Of a stretch of 64,000 nucleotides of DNA, positions 40,703-51,655 are shown piece after piece. Source of the DNA: Lama guanicoe. Its lineage: Eukaryota. Position 1 is the stretch's first letter. Every line of letters starts with the position of its first letter. Location: NCBI GenBank assembly GCA_013239625.1, contig MU053758.1, positions 2,108,001 through 2,172,000 of the forward strand, given 5' to 3'. A program made the translations under genes and the position numbers. The notes under the pieces were generated by a model that was not told where the DNA came from, ran no database searches, and saw only the letters and a list, made by a program, of their open reading frames with translations.

Positions 40703-40775
40703 CGCTGTCACCAGGGCACTCCTCTGAACTGCGGATGCTGCCTTCCCCATCCTCGGTCAGCTCATCCCGCTCGCT
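40703..40775 (-). CDS. STAC2: STAC2 exon 6 (SERDELTEDGEGSIRSSEECPGDS)
   Basis: Linker; CAG/GTGAGT. Confidence 0.9.
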
Positions 40776-40865
40776 CTGGGGACACAGAGAAGGGAGGGCT
40801 CAGACCCTTGACCCCCACCCTCAGAGACCCCTGCCCCCAAGGCTCCCCTTTGATGCCCAACATAC

Positions 40866-40978
40866 CAGGCTCTGTGTGGGGGACTCAGAGGTGCTGCTGA
40901 AGCTGGAGCGGTTCATCAGGGCCAAGGAGGTGCCATAGCGCAGGGTCTCATAGACAGGGTCCACCTTCCCGCTGGCCC
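40866..40978 (-). CDS. STAC2: STAC2 exon 5 ([25 protein letters not shown]...; U-motif)
   Basis: Conserved STAC KVDPVYE motif; CAG/GTATGT. Confidence 0.95.
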
Positions 40979-41806
40979 CTGCCAAATAGCCATGGTCAAG
41001 GCTGGACACCCAGCTGTCAGCCTGGCTCTGCCCTGAAGCCCTGTATCTCAGCCTTGGCTGCCCCGCTGGCTCCCCACCTCAGCCTAGCTGACCTCCGCCT
41101 CTCCCCTCACCTGCCCCTCCCAGGTCTTCTCATCACAGTGAGCGCTCCCTGTCCTCCCACGATGCACAAGCAGAAACCAGGAGCATCCTGGAACCCCCGC
41201 CCTCCTCACTGCCCATATTCACTCCATCACCTCATCCTACCTCCAAAACATGTCTAGAGTCTGCCCATTTCTCTCTATGTCCACTGCTACCAGCCTGGTC
41301 CAAGCTACTAAACTCTTTCTCGGCAATTGGCTTCCCAACTGGTCACCCTGCTTCCACTGCAGCCCTTCTAATCCATGCAGTAGCCAGAATGCTCTTGTCA
41401 AAATGCAAAAATTGACTTCAAAGTCAAAAAACACTCCTAGAATGGACCCCGAGCTCCTGTACCCATGGTCCCCTTTCACCCCTTCACTTTCACTGCCTCG
41501 ACTCCAGCCTTGTTTTCCTTTTTTTGACCCTCTGCCCCCTCCTCTCTGGCCTGCCTTCTGCCCACAGTGGTCTTCTCCAGATCCTCAGACTAATTCCCCA
41601 TCTTTCAAGTCTCTTGGATGCCTTCAATGGCTCTGTGGATTAGGCTGGTGCCTGCTTTATCCTCTCTTTATTTCCTTTCCTTCTGTTTCAGGCATTCATC
41701 GAACAATGATTCACTGATGATTTGTGTGATTATCTATTTCATGTCTAGTTCCCTTACTAGAACATGACCAGTGTCCCTGGCACTTAGTAGCTGCTCAGTA
41801 AAGTGT

Positions 41807-41882
41807 TGGATGGATGAATGGATGAATGGATGGATGGATAGATGGATGGATAGATGGATGGATGGATGAATGAATGAATGAA
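41807..41882. repeat. (GGAT/GAAT)n tetranucleotide repeat at the end of an L2 remnant
   Basis: Direct inspection. Confidence 0.9.
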
Positions 41883-42031
41883 CTCTACATACAGTACAGG
41901 AGCATCCAAAAAAGGGAAGTGGTAGCAATGCCAAGGGCGGGCAGTGCCAGCGTGACTCAGGTGCCCTTCTGTGGAGTACATGGGTCTCTCATCACATCGC
42001 AGTGGGATCAGAGGCAACGGTGGACACTCAC

Positions 42032-42122
42032 CCGTGGGTGAGGACTCTTTGCTTGTGGCACAGGCTGGTGGCGGATTATGCACCAGGAGAGGGGAGCTGA
42101 AGTTGCGGCGGAAGGAGGAGGA
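42032..42122 (-). CDS. STAC2: STAC2 exon 4 (SSSFRRNFSSPLLVHNPPPACATSKESSPT)
   Basis: FRRNFSSPLL motif; CAG/GTGAGT. Confidence 0.93.
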
Positions 42123-42301
42123 CTGTGGTAAGAGGGGCAGAGAGATGGCATGGGAGGTCACAGCACACTCTCTGAAAGCCTGGCCTTCCCGAAGCCCAAA
42201 TACCACCCCGCCTGCAGAACCAGCCTTCAGGGAGCACTCATTCTCCCACATGCCAGTGCTGGGAACACTCAGCCAGCCATCTCCGCATGATCCCCACTCA
42301 C

Positions 42302-42399
42302 CGTCTTGCCTGGGCATTGCTGGTGGGAGATCTCCTCGGAGCACCAGAGGTGGACGCTGGCTTTGCAAGTCTTACACCGCAAGCCCTGCTTGGAGTTTC
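42302..42399 (-). CDS. STAC2: STAC2 exon 3 ([33 protein letters not shown]1 domain)
   Basis: C1 Cys/His ligands; CAG/GTGAGT. Confidence 0.95.
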
Positions 42400-42762
42400 C
42401 TGGGAAGAATTTGTGTTCGGCAAGAGGGTTTGGTCAAGAGAGGCTACATCCAATGTCCAGGAGCAAAGAAGGCAGGTTGGGGTGCAGAGAAGCAAGGAGT
42501 TGAGCATCTTCATGCCAGCTGGGGGCCTGGCCTGATCCCCCACACGGTCAGAGTGGGAACTGGCCCTAAAGTCTGAGTTGTTAGTAAACACAGCAACACT
42601 GGGCCCCCACCCACCCCCAAGGGTGCTTGTGTGTCCACCCAGGGGGAGCGGCACAGTCAGGATTGGGGGCCCTGAAGTGTAAGAGCCCAATTTATCAGGC
42701 AGTTTTCCAGTCCACTCCCCATCCCCACTCTGGCCCCTCCCATTAGCACCCCAGGCACCTAC

Positions 42763-43175
42763 CCACAATGAGCTGGTGGCACAGCTCACAGGGGCTGGCT
42801 CGCTTGAAGACGTGTTCTTGGAAGCTGTGCAGCCTCACTGGTTTGAGTGGTGCCAGGGGGCGGGGGATGGGGCAGGGGGACGGGGCTGGGGTGGATAGGC
42901 CCCTCTCCGTGGAGGCCAGAGGTGGAGAGGGAGGGGGCAGTGGGGTCGGGGGCGTCAGGAGCACCTCGGTGGGACACTTGAGCTCAGAGCCCGAGCGAAG
43001 GAAGAAGACTCTCTGTGGGGGCCAGAGGTGGAGAGGGAGGGGGCAGTGGGGTCGGGGGCGTCAGGAGCACCTCGGTGGGACACTTGAGCTCAGAGCCCGA
43101 GCGAAGGAAGAAGTTCTCCACACTCTTACTTCGGAGGATGGTCTTGAGAGAAAGCGAGCGCTTGAACCGCTGGAG
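42763..43175 (-). CDS. STAC2: STAC2 exon 2 ([11 protein letters not shown]...[22 protein letters not shown]), interrupted by a 106-bp duplication
   Basis: Canonical acceptor at 43176-43177, donor at 42761-42762; 413 nt as assembled, 307 nt without the duplicate; canonical frame reaches TGA at 42984-42986. Confidence 0.85.
42903..43113. repeat. 106-bp tandem duplication inside STAC2 exon 2
   Basis: 42914-43007 identical to 43020-43113; 42903-42914 versus 43009-43020 differ at 2 nt. Confidence 0.97.
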
Positions 43176-46100
43176 CTGAGAGGGGAAGAGGGGCTGTGGG
43201 CGGAAGCCTTGAGGGGGCTAGCTCCCTGAGATCTGTCCTTGGCCAGGGGCAGCCTGAAGGCTGAGAACCAGAGATGAAGCACTAAGAGAGAGGCTGCTGA
43301 GTTCCAGAAGGTAGATCACCATCCCAGATGCCCATAGAAGCCAGACAGGAAATCTCTTGGAGCAAAGGAGGTCTCGCCGGTCAGGCACCGAATTAGGAGT
43401 GGTGGGGACTGTGGCAAACTGGATGGCCAGTGAGCCGCTGCTCTAGCCAATTGGGGCTAGTCCATGGGGGCAGCCCAGCATTGCGCAGCTTCCCAATTTT
43501 TAAAAAGAAACCTAGACTTTTATGTAAAATTGGATAAAAACAAATTCAAGAGGTTTTATTTCCCTTTTTCTTTGCAGAAATGGTAGTATACTATTTCTCC
43601 TGCGCCATGCTTTTCTCATTTCACAGTAAATCTTGGAAACCATTCCATACCAATACATAAAGTGTTTCATCATTCTTTTTTATGGCTGTACAGGAACTTC
43701 ATTGAATAGGTATACTATTTACTTGAGTTAAAAAAATAATACTTTGGGGACCAAGCAAAACACAACAGGTCCCCAGTTCTTGAACAGGGAGTGGGGGACT
43801 GGTCGCCTTGGACCCTCACCTTCAGGGCTGAAGGGCTGCAACCCCCCAGCACCGCCACGGCCCCGCCCCAGCTCAGGCTCCAGCACACTCAGTCTGTTTC
43901 GGGGTCAGAGCTCTTTGCTCCCACCTTGCCCATCCCCACCTGTTCTCCGTGCAGCTGCCAGGGAGGTGATCCCTGACCCTGCAAAAACCCTTTCGTGGCT
44001 CCTCAGGACCCAGCCAAGGGCCTTGTCCCAGCCATGAAACTGCAATTTGCCCACACCTGTCCTTCTGTCCCATGCCTTCCACCTTAGCCCAGATGTGAGG
44101 ATTTGAACTCCTCTGTGTTGTACATCTCTGAGCTTATGTCCTCTTCTCTGGCCTTAGGCAATTAATTCTCGCTTTTTTCTTCAGGGTTTCCAGTGACTCT
44201 TTCTCCTCTGGGAAGCTATCTCTTCTGCAGGAATTCCATTTGGTGGGACCACTCCCTCCTCAGGGGCCGCTGCACAGTAAGTGACTTCCATTATAGCTCC
44301 AACCAGATTTATGTGGTCGCTTACTTCCCACTCCTCCAGGAGTCTGTGAGCCCCTAGAGGGCAGAGAAAGTTGCTTCAAATCCCCATAGTGGGCCTCAAC
44401 ACCTCGTAGGTGCTCAGTTAGTGTTTATTGGATAGATGAGAGTGGCTGGAGTCCTACATGGAGCCCATGTTCTGGAGCGCAGGGTAGATTCTGCAGTGAG
44501 GCCAGAGTTCTTTCTACCGCTCACCCAAACACACCCTTTTTCTGCCCAGAGTGAGCTCTGCACCTGCAGACCTTGTAGACCCATGTAGACCCTAGCCCCC
44601 CTCCCCTCCTGCTGAGAGCCCTTACCCTGCCTGCTCCTTTCTACCAGTGATAGAAGAAGGGGGCCAGAGGCCTGGCTCTGGGCAGCGAGACTTGGCTAGT
44701 GTTCCTGGCTGGCACTCTGGGCAGCCTGTGTTCCATGGCTGCCAGCTTGGCAATCACGACAAAAGAATGGGAGTGGTGGCCCCTCTAGGCCTGGGGAGGT
44801 CAGCAGGCCACACAACAGAGGAGGAAGCAGATAGGGAAATGTTTGGGCACAAGGCAGGCCCTGGTGTGCTCGCTGAAAGGCCAGAGCCCTGGGGTGCCTG
44901 GCAAGCTGAGTTGCCCAGCTCCTTCCAAATCCAGCTTCCTGGACAGCACTTTGGGCTTCTTTGTGTCTCTGAGAAGCAGGGCCCCAGGCCCCAGGTGCCT
45001 GGGCCTTGGGGCAGAGGTGGTGGCCCAGAGGGACAATTCAATAGAGCACAAATGTGTTCTATGGACCAAAGGTGGTTCTAGGGGCTCTGGCTGGCCCAGA
45101 GAGATGAGTGAACCACCCACTGCTTTGCCCAGAGGCCATGGGAAAGAGGGCTCTGGGAGGATGTACTAGGGGTCGGGCAAAACGAAACCTGCTGCCTGAA
45201 GGCAAGTCACTTCATGTTGTCTCTCTGAGCCTCAGCTTCCCCACATCCAGGAGGAGGGAGTCAGGACTAGATGCTGTCTAAGCAATGCGGGCTCAAGTCC
45301 CCCAAGCAGAAACCTGAACTGGATATGAGGTGCTGTCGCTGTCAGAGTCCTGGAACTGAGCTAGCACATCGTACATAGCATCTCATTAATCCTGGAATGC
45401 CTCTCTGAGGTGGTGACAATTATTGTCCCACTTTTCAGATGAGGAACTGAGGCTCATTAGGGGTTAAGTCACTCGCTCATCATGAGGCCTCAGGTGGTAA
45501 GTAGCAGAGTCAGGACTTGAACCAGTGGCTTTGGCTGTAGAGCCCAGGTGACCAGAAGCAGGCCGGTGCTCTAGAAGGCCCTGCCTTGTCCCTCACCTCT
45601 GCCCCTCATTTGTGCCATAGGCTTGTCCATCAAGTCAGTCATGAAACTTAGGGTTAGAAGGGAGTTGAAAGACTGGCTACCAAGAGCAGTCCCCACTCTG
45701 CACTGCCCTGGCCATGTCCCCTCTGAATTGCTGACTCTGTTGGTCACCTCTTGGGACAGGAAGCACACCCTTTCTTGGGACAGTCATTCCATCTTTGGGC
45801 AGCTGCAATCGCTGGAAAGTGCTTCCCTATATAGACCTGAAACCTGCCTCCCTGCCGATCGGCCCTGGTTCCTCCCTTGGCTCCAGAAAGGACTACTCCC
45901 TCTTACACACATCAGTCCTTCAAATATTTGAAGACATCAATCATGTTCCCCTCTCCCGAGGCCATTATTTCCAAAGTAATCCTCACAGGATGAGGTTTCA
46001 AGCCTCCGTACTCTCCAGTCTGTGCTCTTTCCTGGTCGCCTCTCTGGCCTTAGTGCCAAGAGCCACCTCTGCAGAGTCTAGAGGCCTCTGGAACAGAATG

Positions 46101-48449
46101 TTCCCCAGCACCAGGGCAGCCTTGGCTCCCTGGTTCAGTTGTAGTCCCCAGATCCCAGGAGAGTGGAGAAGCGGGAAGGAATGCCATCTGGGGTGGTTGT
46201 CAGATGTCAAGGGCTGTGGCTGGAGGGAGGATGAGGACACCTCTGCCAAATGGCTTAATGCCTGCCCACTCCAGAGACATCTGACTTGGCTACCCAAAAC
46301 TCATTTTGGCTCAGCCTAGCCAGATATTCCTACTCCTGGGACTCCTAGTTCCCAGAAAAGACCTTTCCCCACCTCCTCACCAGCTATCTTTTTGGTGCCC
46401 CCACTGCCCCAAGACCCAATCCCTGGCATGCTGGCCCCTGGATCCCATTCCCTCCCAAAGCGCCAGGAGCCTTGTCTGGCTTGGAGCCTGGACCACCAAG
46501 CCTATTATTCTAAATCCCTTCCTGGAGGCAGAGCTTGCTTCCTCCCCATCTCTCCATACCCTGGACAGTCCCTTCCTTCCTCAATACCCCACAGCATCTC
46601 CTCACTTCCCGCCAGCTCATGAGAGAGCATGAGGCAGCTGGTGGCAGGTGGTGGCAGATGTGACACAAGCTGACTCAGATAGTAGAGCTGGCACGACAGA
46701 GTCTTCCCAAGAATGGCACCAGAGGGAGTGATGGCAGGCCCTATGTAGCAAGATGAGATGGGGACCCAGAGAGGGTGATGCTGACACTAAGAGGGGCACT
46801 GAGTAGCTTGGGTGCAGGAGAGATATTCAACTTTTGGGTGGGCAGGAGGCTGGACTTGGGCTGGCAAGAAATGCCCAGGGGACCCCAAACACACTGGTGA
46901 ATAAGTCTGAAATGTTCGCTTCACTGCCTAATGGGCACCAGCAACCAGCCTCAAGCTGAGCTGGGTGGGCAGCAACCAGCCCTTTCCCTGCCTTCTCCTC
47001 CACCACAACAGTCTGAAGACAGAAGCTTCTTTGGGACAAGTTTAGGTAGGGGGTTGGGAGGAGACTGGCAAGTGGGTCTGAATTCCCTCTCTGCCCACCT
47101 CTGCCCTCCTGAGGACTTTCCCCCGAGACTGCAGTCCAGCCTGTGTTATTACTGAGTCTTTCATAAGGGTGAGGTACGGGTGAGGTACAGGTGAGGGGGC
47201 AGGGCTCCAACTGGCCTGGCAGAGAGGGACCAGGTCAGGTATACACTCTGCTTCTTTCCCTGCTCCTCCAATCTCCGTGGCTCAGACCCAGAGGTGATGG
47301 CATGAGATGGTCCTTGGGCTGGGAGGAGGGAGATACAGTCCTGCCAGGCCCTGACCGCCCCCTCCCCACACAGCAAGCCTGCAGCCTGCTGCCTGCTGAG
47401 GCAGCACTACCCAGCACTCCTGCCTGCTTTCGGAGAGCTCTTAGGGAGGGGGCCGAGTGACCAAGCCGTACTGTGGGAAGTAGGGCAGGACCTTGGAGCC
47501 CCCCAGTCACCTGAGAAGCAAACAGAGGGGTTTTATATGTCTGTCCAAGGTGACTAGAAGACAACTAGAAAAGGTCAGGGGCATTGGAACTCGGGGTGGG
47601 GCTCAGTTCCTGGGATCCTCTGCTTGAAAGAAGCTGTCACAAATATTCCAAGTAATATCCTCCTACCCTGGCACTTCATGCCTTTCCCAGTAGACTTGGT
47701 TCTCTGAGAGGGAGTTAACTCTGTGGTCTGAGAGCCTGAGGTCTTATTCCTTAGAAGGGAGCAGAAGGTCAAGTGTGAATCTGAAGACTTGGACATAGAA
47801 ATCCAACGGGTCCCTCTGGCTTAGGGAGGGGAAGCCTACCTAGGATGCCTCAGCCAGACTCCATCCACTCTGGCCCTACTCATCTTCCTTTGGTCACTCC
47901 TCTGATGACCTTGACCTCGAATTAACCTCATATCCTAAGGGGTGGTCAAGACAGAATTAGGAGGAAGTTGGGCATTGGAAAGAGCTATAGATGAGCTAGT
48001 GATACCAGGGGGGATCCAAAGACCCCACCCACTTGTGGTCCTGGCTGCGCCTCTTCTCATCTGGAAACAAGAGCCTGGTGGGAACAATTTCCCAGGGTGG
48101 AAAGGAGAGAGTAGTCTTGGCCTGAAGCCTGGGGTTGGTGGGGGGAGGGAGAGCACTGTCCCTGCTCTCTCATCCTCAGGCAGGCTCAGGTTGCTTCCCG
48201 CAGAACTTCTGCTGGTCAGCACCTAGAACTTGGGGAGGGAGCAGATTGATTAGAGGTGGTGGGGTGTTGAATATGAGCGGTGTTCTCACCCGCCCCACCC
48301 CCTTCAGCGCCAGAAGTCTGGGCTCTGCCTGAGTTCTTCGGGAAATAATTTATTCATTGTGACTCCCGCAGGAGTAACAATCATACATAATTAGGGTTAA
48401 TTATGACATTTATTAATTACGATGACTTCTCGTTTTGCTTCTACCTGCT

Positions 48450-49900
48450 CCCCCACAACCCGAGCCCCCATCCCGCTGGCGGGGTGGGGGTTGGGGCTGC
48501 CTTTCCGTTAGGGAGCCGCAACAGCATTCCCCGGTCCCCGCCTGGGGTGGCCGGCGCTGCCGCAGCCTCCAGCGCGAACTCGGAAGCTGCGCACCCCCCG
48601 GGCCACGGCCTCACGTCCCTGAGCCTAACCTGGTTGAGAGGAGGAGAATATAGGACTGCGATGGTTCAGAGAGAGATGTCTAGAGAGACTCAGAGATAAA
48701 TACACAGAGACGCCGAGAGAACCCGGGAGAGACGCACACAGATATACCAAGACAGAGACAAACAGGTTGTAGAGACATTTTCAGAGAGACACAGGCAGAG
48801 ACTGAGCTACAGACTGGAGGACACGGATGGGGTGCGCCTCGCATGCACACATGGGTGCGTACATCGGCCCACACCCGCTACACACCGCTACACACTCACT
48901 CCGCCTTCGCTGCACCGACTCCCTCCAACAAAGCCGAGTTACAACCTCCCCAGAGGGTCGCGGCGGCGCGTCCGCTCATCACGCGCGCAAGGGCGTGTTG
49001 TGCTTGTGTGATGTGGGCTCCTTGTGGCCCCTCGTCAAGAACCCATTGCCACCGGGTCGCCGCATGGAGCCTTAGGGACCACACGGGGCCCCCCCTACAG
49101 TGACACCAGAGCACCGGAGGCCACAGTGTCGTGACCGTGTCGGGAGGAGGGCGCCCCAGCTGGGGGCTCACTGAGTAGGGGTCTAGGCCTCGCGCCTCCC
49201 AAGTTACCTTGGTTTCCTGGAGGGCAGAGACGGTCCCCGGGGAGGTGTAGGTGGCCGTGTCATCCGGTTCGTTCTCCTTCTCGCTCATTTCGGTCATGGT
49301 TAGGGGAGAAGGGAAGAGAGGATGCCGAGACCCGACGGCAGCCCAGCTGGAGGCAGGCTGAGGCTGGCAGGCGTCTCTCTGGGAACCTTAAACCCTTCTC
49401 TAGAGACTGCCCCCAGTGAACCCCAGGAGAAAACCCCCAGGCAAAGCAACCCCCCACTCCCGAGTGAGGGCAGAGAAAGTTCCCGGGTTGGCAGGTAATA
49501 GGAGGTAATTACACGGAACCGCGGGAACAGGAGGACCCCAGGAGTGAGGACCCACGGTCTGCAGAGGATGCTGCTCAGAGCGAGGGGAGGAGGGAAGTGG
49601 GGACTCCAGGATGAGCCGAGGGAGGGAGCGACAGAGCTGTCCGTGTCCGGCCGGCTCCGCTGTCCTCTTCGCCCTCCCCCCCATCCTCCTCCCCCTCCCC
49701 GCACCGGCCCCAGCCCAGCACCCGGCGGCCCCTCCGCCCAGTCCTCGCCTCCCAACTTTGATTTAGGAGGTCGCCTTGTCCCTCCCCCTTCCCTTCGCGG
49801 TTCCCCCTCGCCGCTATGCAAATCAGCTTCTCAGCTATTGGCTGCCGCGGTGGCCAGGAGGGCAAGCTGGGCGGAGCCTGGAGGGGCTCGACAAGATGGG
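48450..49900 (-). promoter_or_regulatory. STAC2 CpG island/promoter
   Basis: High CpG density; CCAAT on - strand (attgg 49837-49841) and ATGCAAAT octamer at 49816-49823. Confidence 0.7.
49208..49297 (-). CDS. STAC2: STAC2 coding exon 1 ([30 protein letters not shown])
   Basis: accATGA start, GTAACT donor, CpG island. Confidence 0.95.
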
Positions 49901-51490
49901 GAGGGGTTTGGAGGGTAAAGAAGTGGAGGGGGCATTTTTACCCTGAAAAACCCGGAATTAGGGTGGGTTCCGTGACAAGGTTGAAAGACGGCTCGGGAGA
50001 TCGTATTAGAGTCTGGATGGGGTTTCAGGGAATAGAAATAGGTTGGCTCTCCAAAAGGATAGCCGAGAGTGAGATGAAGGTAGGACTTCCTGATAGCGAA
50101 GCCGAAAAAGGATGGCGACCCTTCTGCCCCATTAACTGGATGCCTCTCTGCCCTGGAGACACTGTCTCCAAATATACACGTGCTTGGACTATGAGGTAGG
50201 GGTTCCCTCAGCAGAGAATGGACAACTTAACATCATGTATCAAAGGCTAGGCCTGTCCTGGAAAGCAAGACAACTATACTGCTTTCCAGTCTTGTTGTCC
50301 GGACTTCAGCATAGAATAGGTCTCAGTCCCCACACTTAAGGTCCCCAAACCTCTCCAAGACACGCCCCCCTCCTAAACAGCCTACCACAAATGGAGTTAG
50401 ATGGGGGTGGGGTGGGGTGGATAAGGAGTGGTGAGAGGAAGAAAGTACTTACTCTCCAAATCGTCCCCTGCCACTTGGTCTAAATCTACCTCTTCTAATG
50501 CATGTCGCTTTACCTGCCATTTTCCCAAGTTGTCCTCCCTCAACTCCTGCCGCTTCTAGCCCTGACAAAAAGGTCTAGCTTCATCCCTTGGCCTATTCAA
50601 GAAAATGGAGGTAGGTTGGAGGTTGAGAGCATCTTTCCCTGCCTGGGTGTGGGTGGAGAGGCTTCTTGATCTAAGCCTCCCTCTTCATCTGTTTTGGGTG
50701 ATGAGATGGGGGTTGGGTAGTGCCCAAGGGGGTCTTGCCTTTATGCCAGCCCCCGAGGAGAGGCTGACCCCTGTGTCTCCCCTCCCTGCCCACCCATGCA
50801 CTTGGCGGTTCATGCAATCTCTCTCCTCCTGAGGATGAGCTCACCATTAGAGCACTGCTCAGGTTACTGTGTCCAGGAATAGAGATTTATTTGCCAGTGG
50901 CAGAAGTAGGACAAGGGCAGCTGTGAGGGTTTGTGGTTGTGGGGGCTTGGTCCCTTCCCCCTCCAGACCCACCCACTGCAGCTGCAGACTCTCCAGAGTG
51001 CTAGCTTTCCTGAAATGAGGACTAATGCCAACTAGCTAGTGCTAGCTAGTTGGCATTAGCCCTCAAACCAGTCTCCCCAAAGGCCGGTTCATTACCAGCC
51101 TGCTCCTAATCCCCTCTGAGGGCCACCCTCCTCCCTCTTGCCCAGCCCAGGTCAGCCCAACAACCCCTCCCTAGGCAACTCAGGAATGTTTGGAGCACCC
51201 TGAGATGGGGTCATCAGGCTCCTGTCTCTCCTGGGCTGGAGCGAACAGGGGCTTCTTCTGTGTTTACAGACCTCCTAAGGGGAGGTACCCCTGTTTCCCT
51301 CCAAAGAGCAGGTTCTTTAGGGGCCAGTGCCTGTATAGTCACTAATTCACTGGACGTTGGGTAGGTAACTTTTGAAGCCTTGATTTCTTCATCACCAAAA
51401 TTAACGAGATAGTGTAGTACACCACTTAGCCCCTTGGAAAGTTCATTTTCTTCTTTCCTTTCTTCTGGGAGATTTGTCCCTTCCAAGATC

Positions 51491-51655
51491 TTTTTCTTTT
51501 CTTTTTTGTGGGGGGATGGGACAGGGAGGAGGTAATTAGGTTTACTTATTTAGTTGTTTATATATTCTTTTAATGGAGGTACTAGGGATTGAACCCAGGG
51601 CCTCATTCATGCTAAGCTTGCAGTCTACCACTGAGACTGCATATAACCTCTCCCT
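51491..51655 (-). mobile_element. tRNA-derived SINE (Vic-1-like)
   Basis: Reverse complement of tRNA-like head (gggattgaacccaggg...ctaccactgag) with aattaggtttacttattt tail. Confidence 0.8.

Noticed and set aside
41971..43229. Plus-strand ORFs of 201 aa and 153 aa
   Set aside because: Antisense shadows of STAC2 exons in GC-rich DNA.
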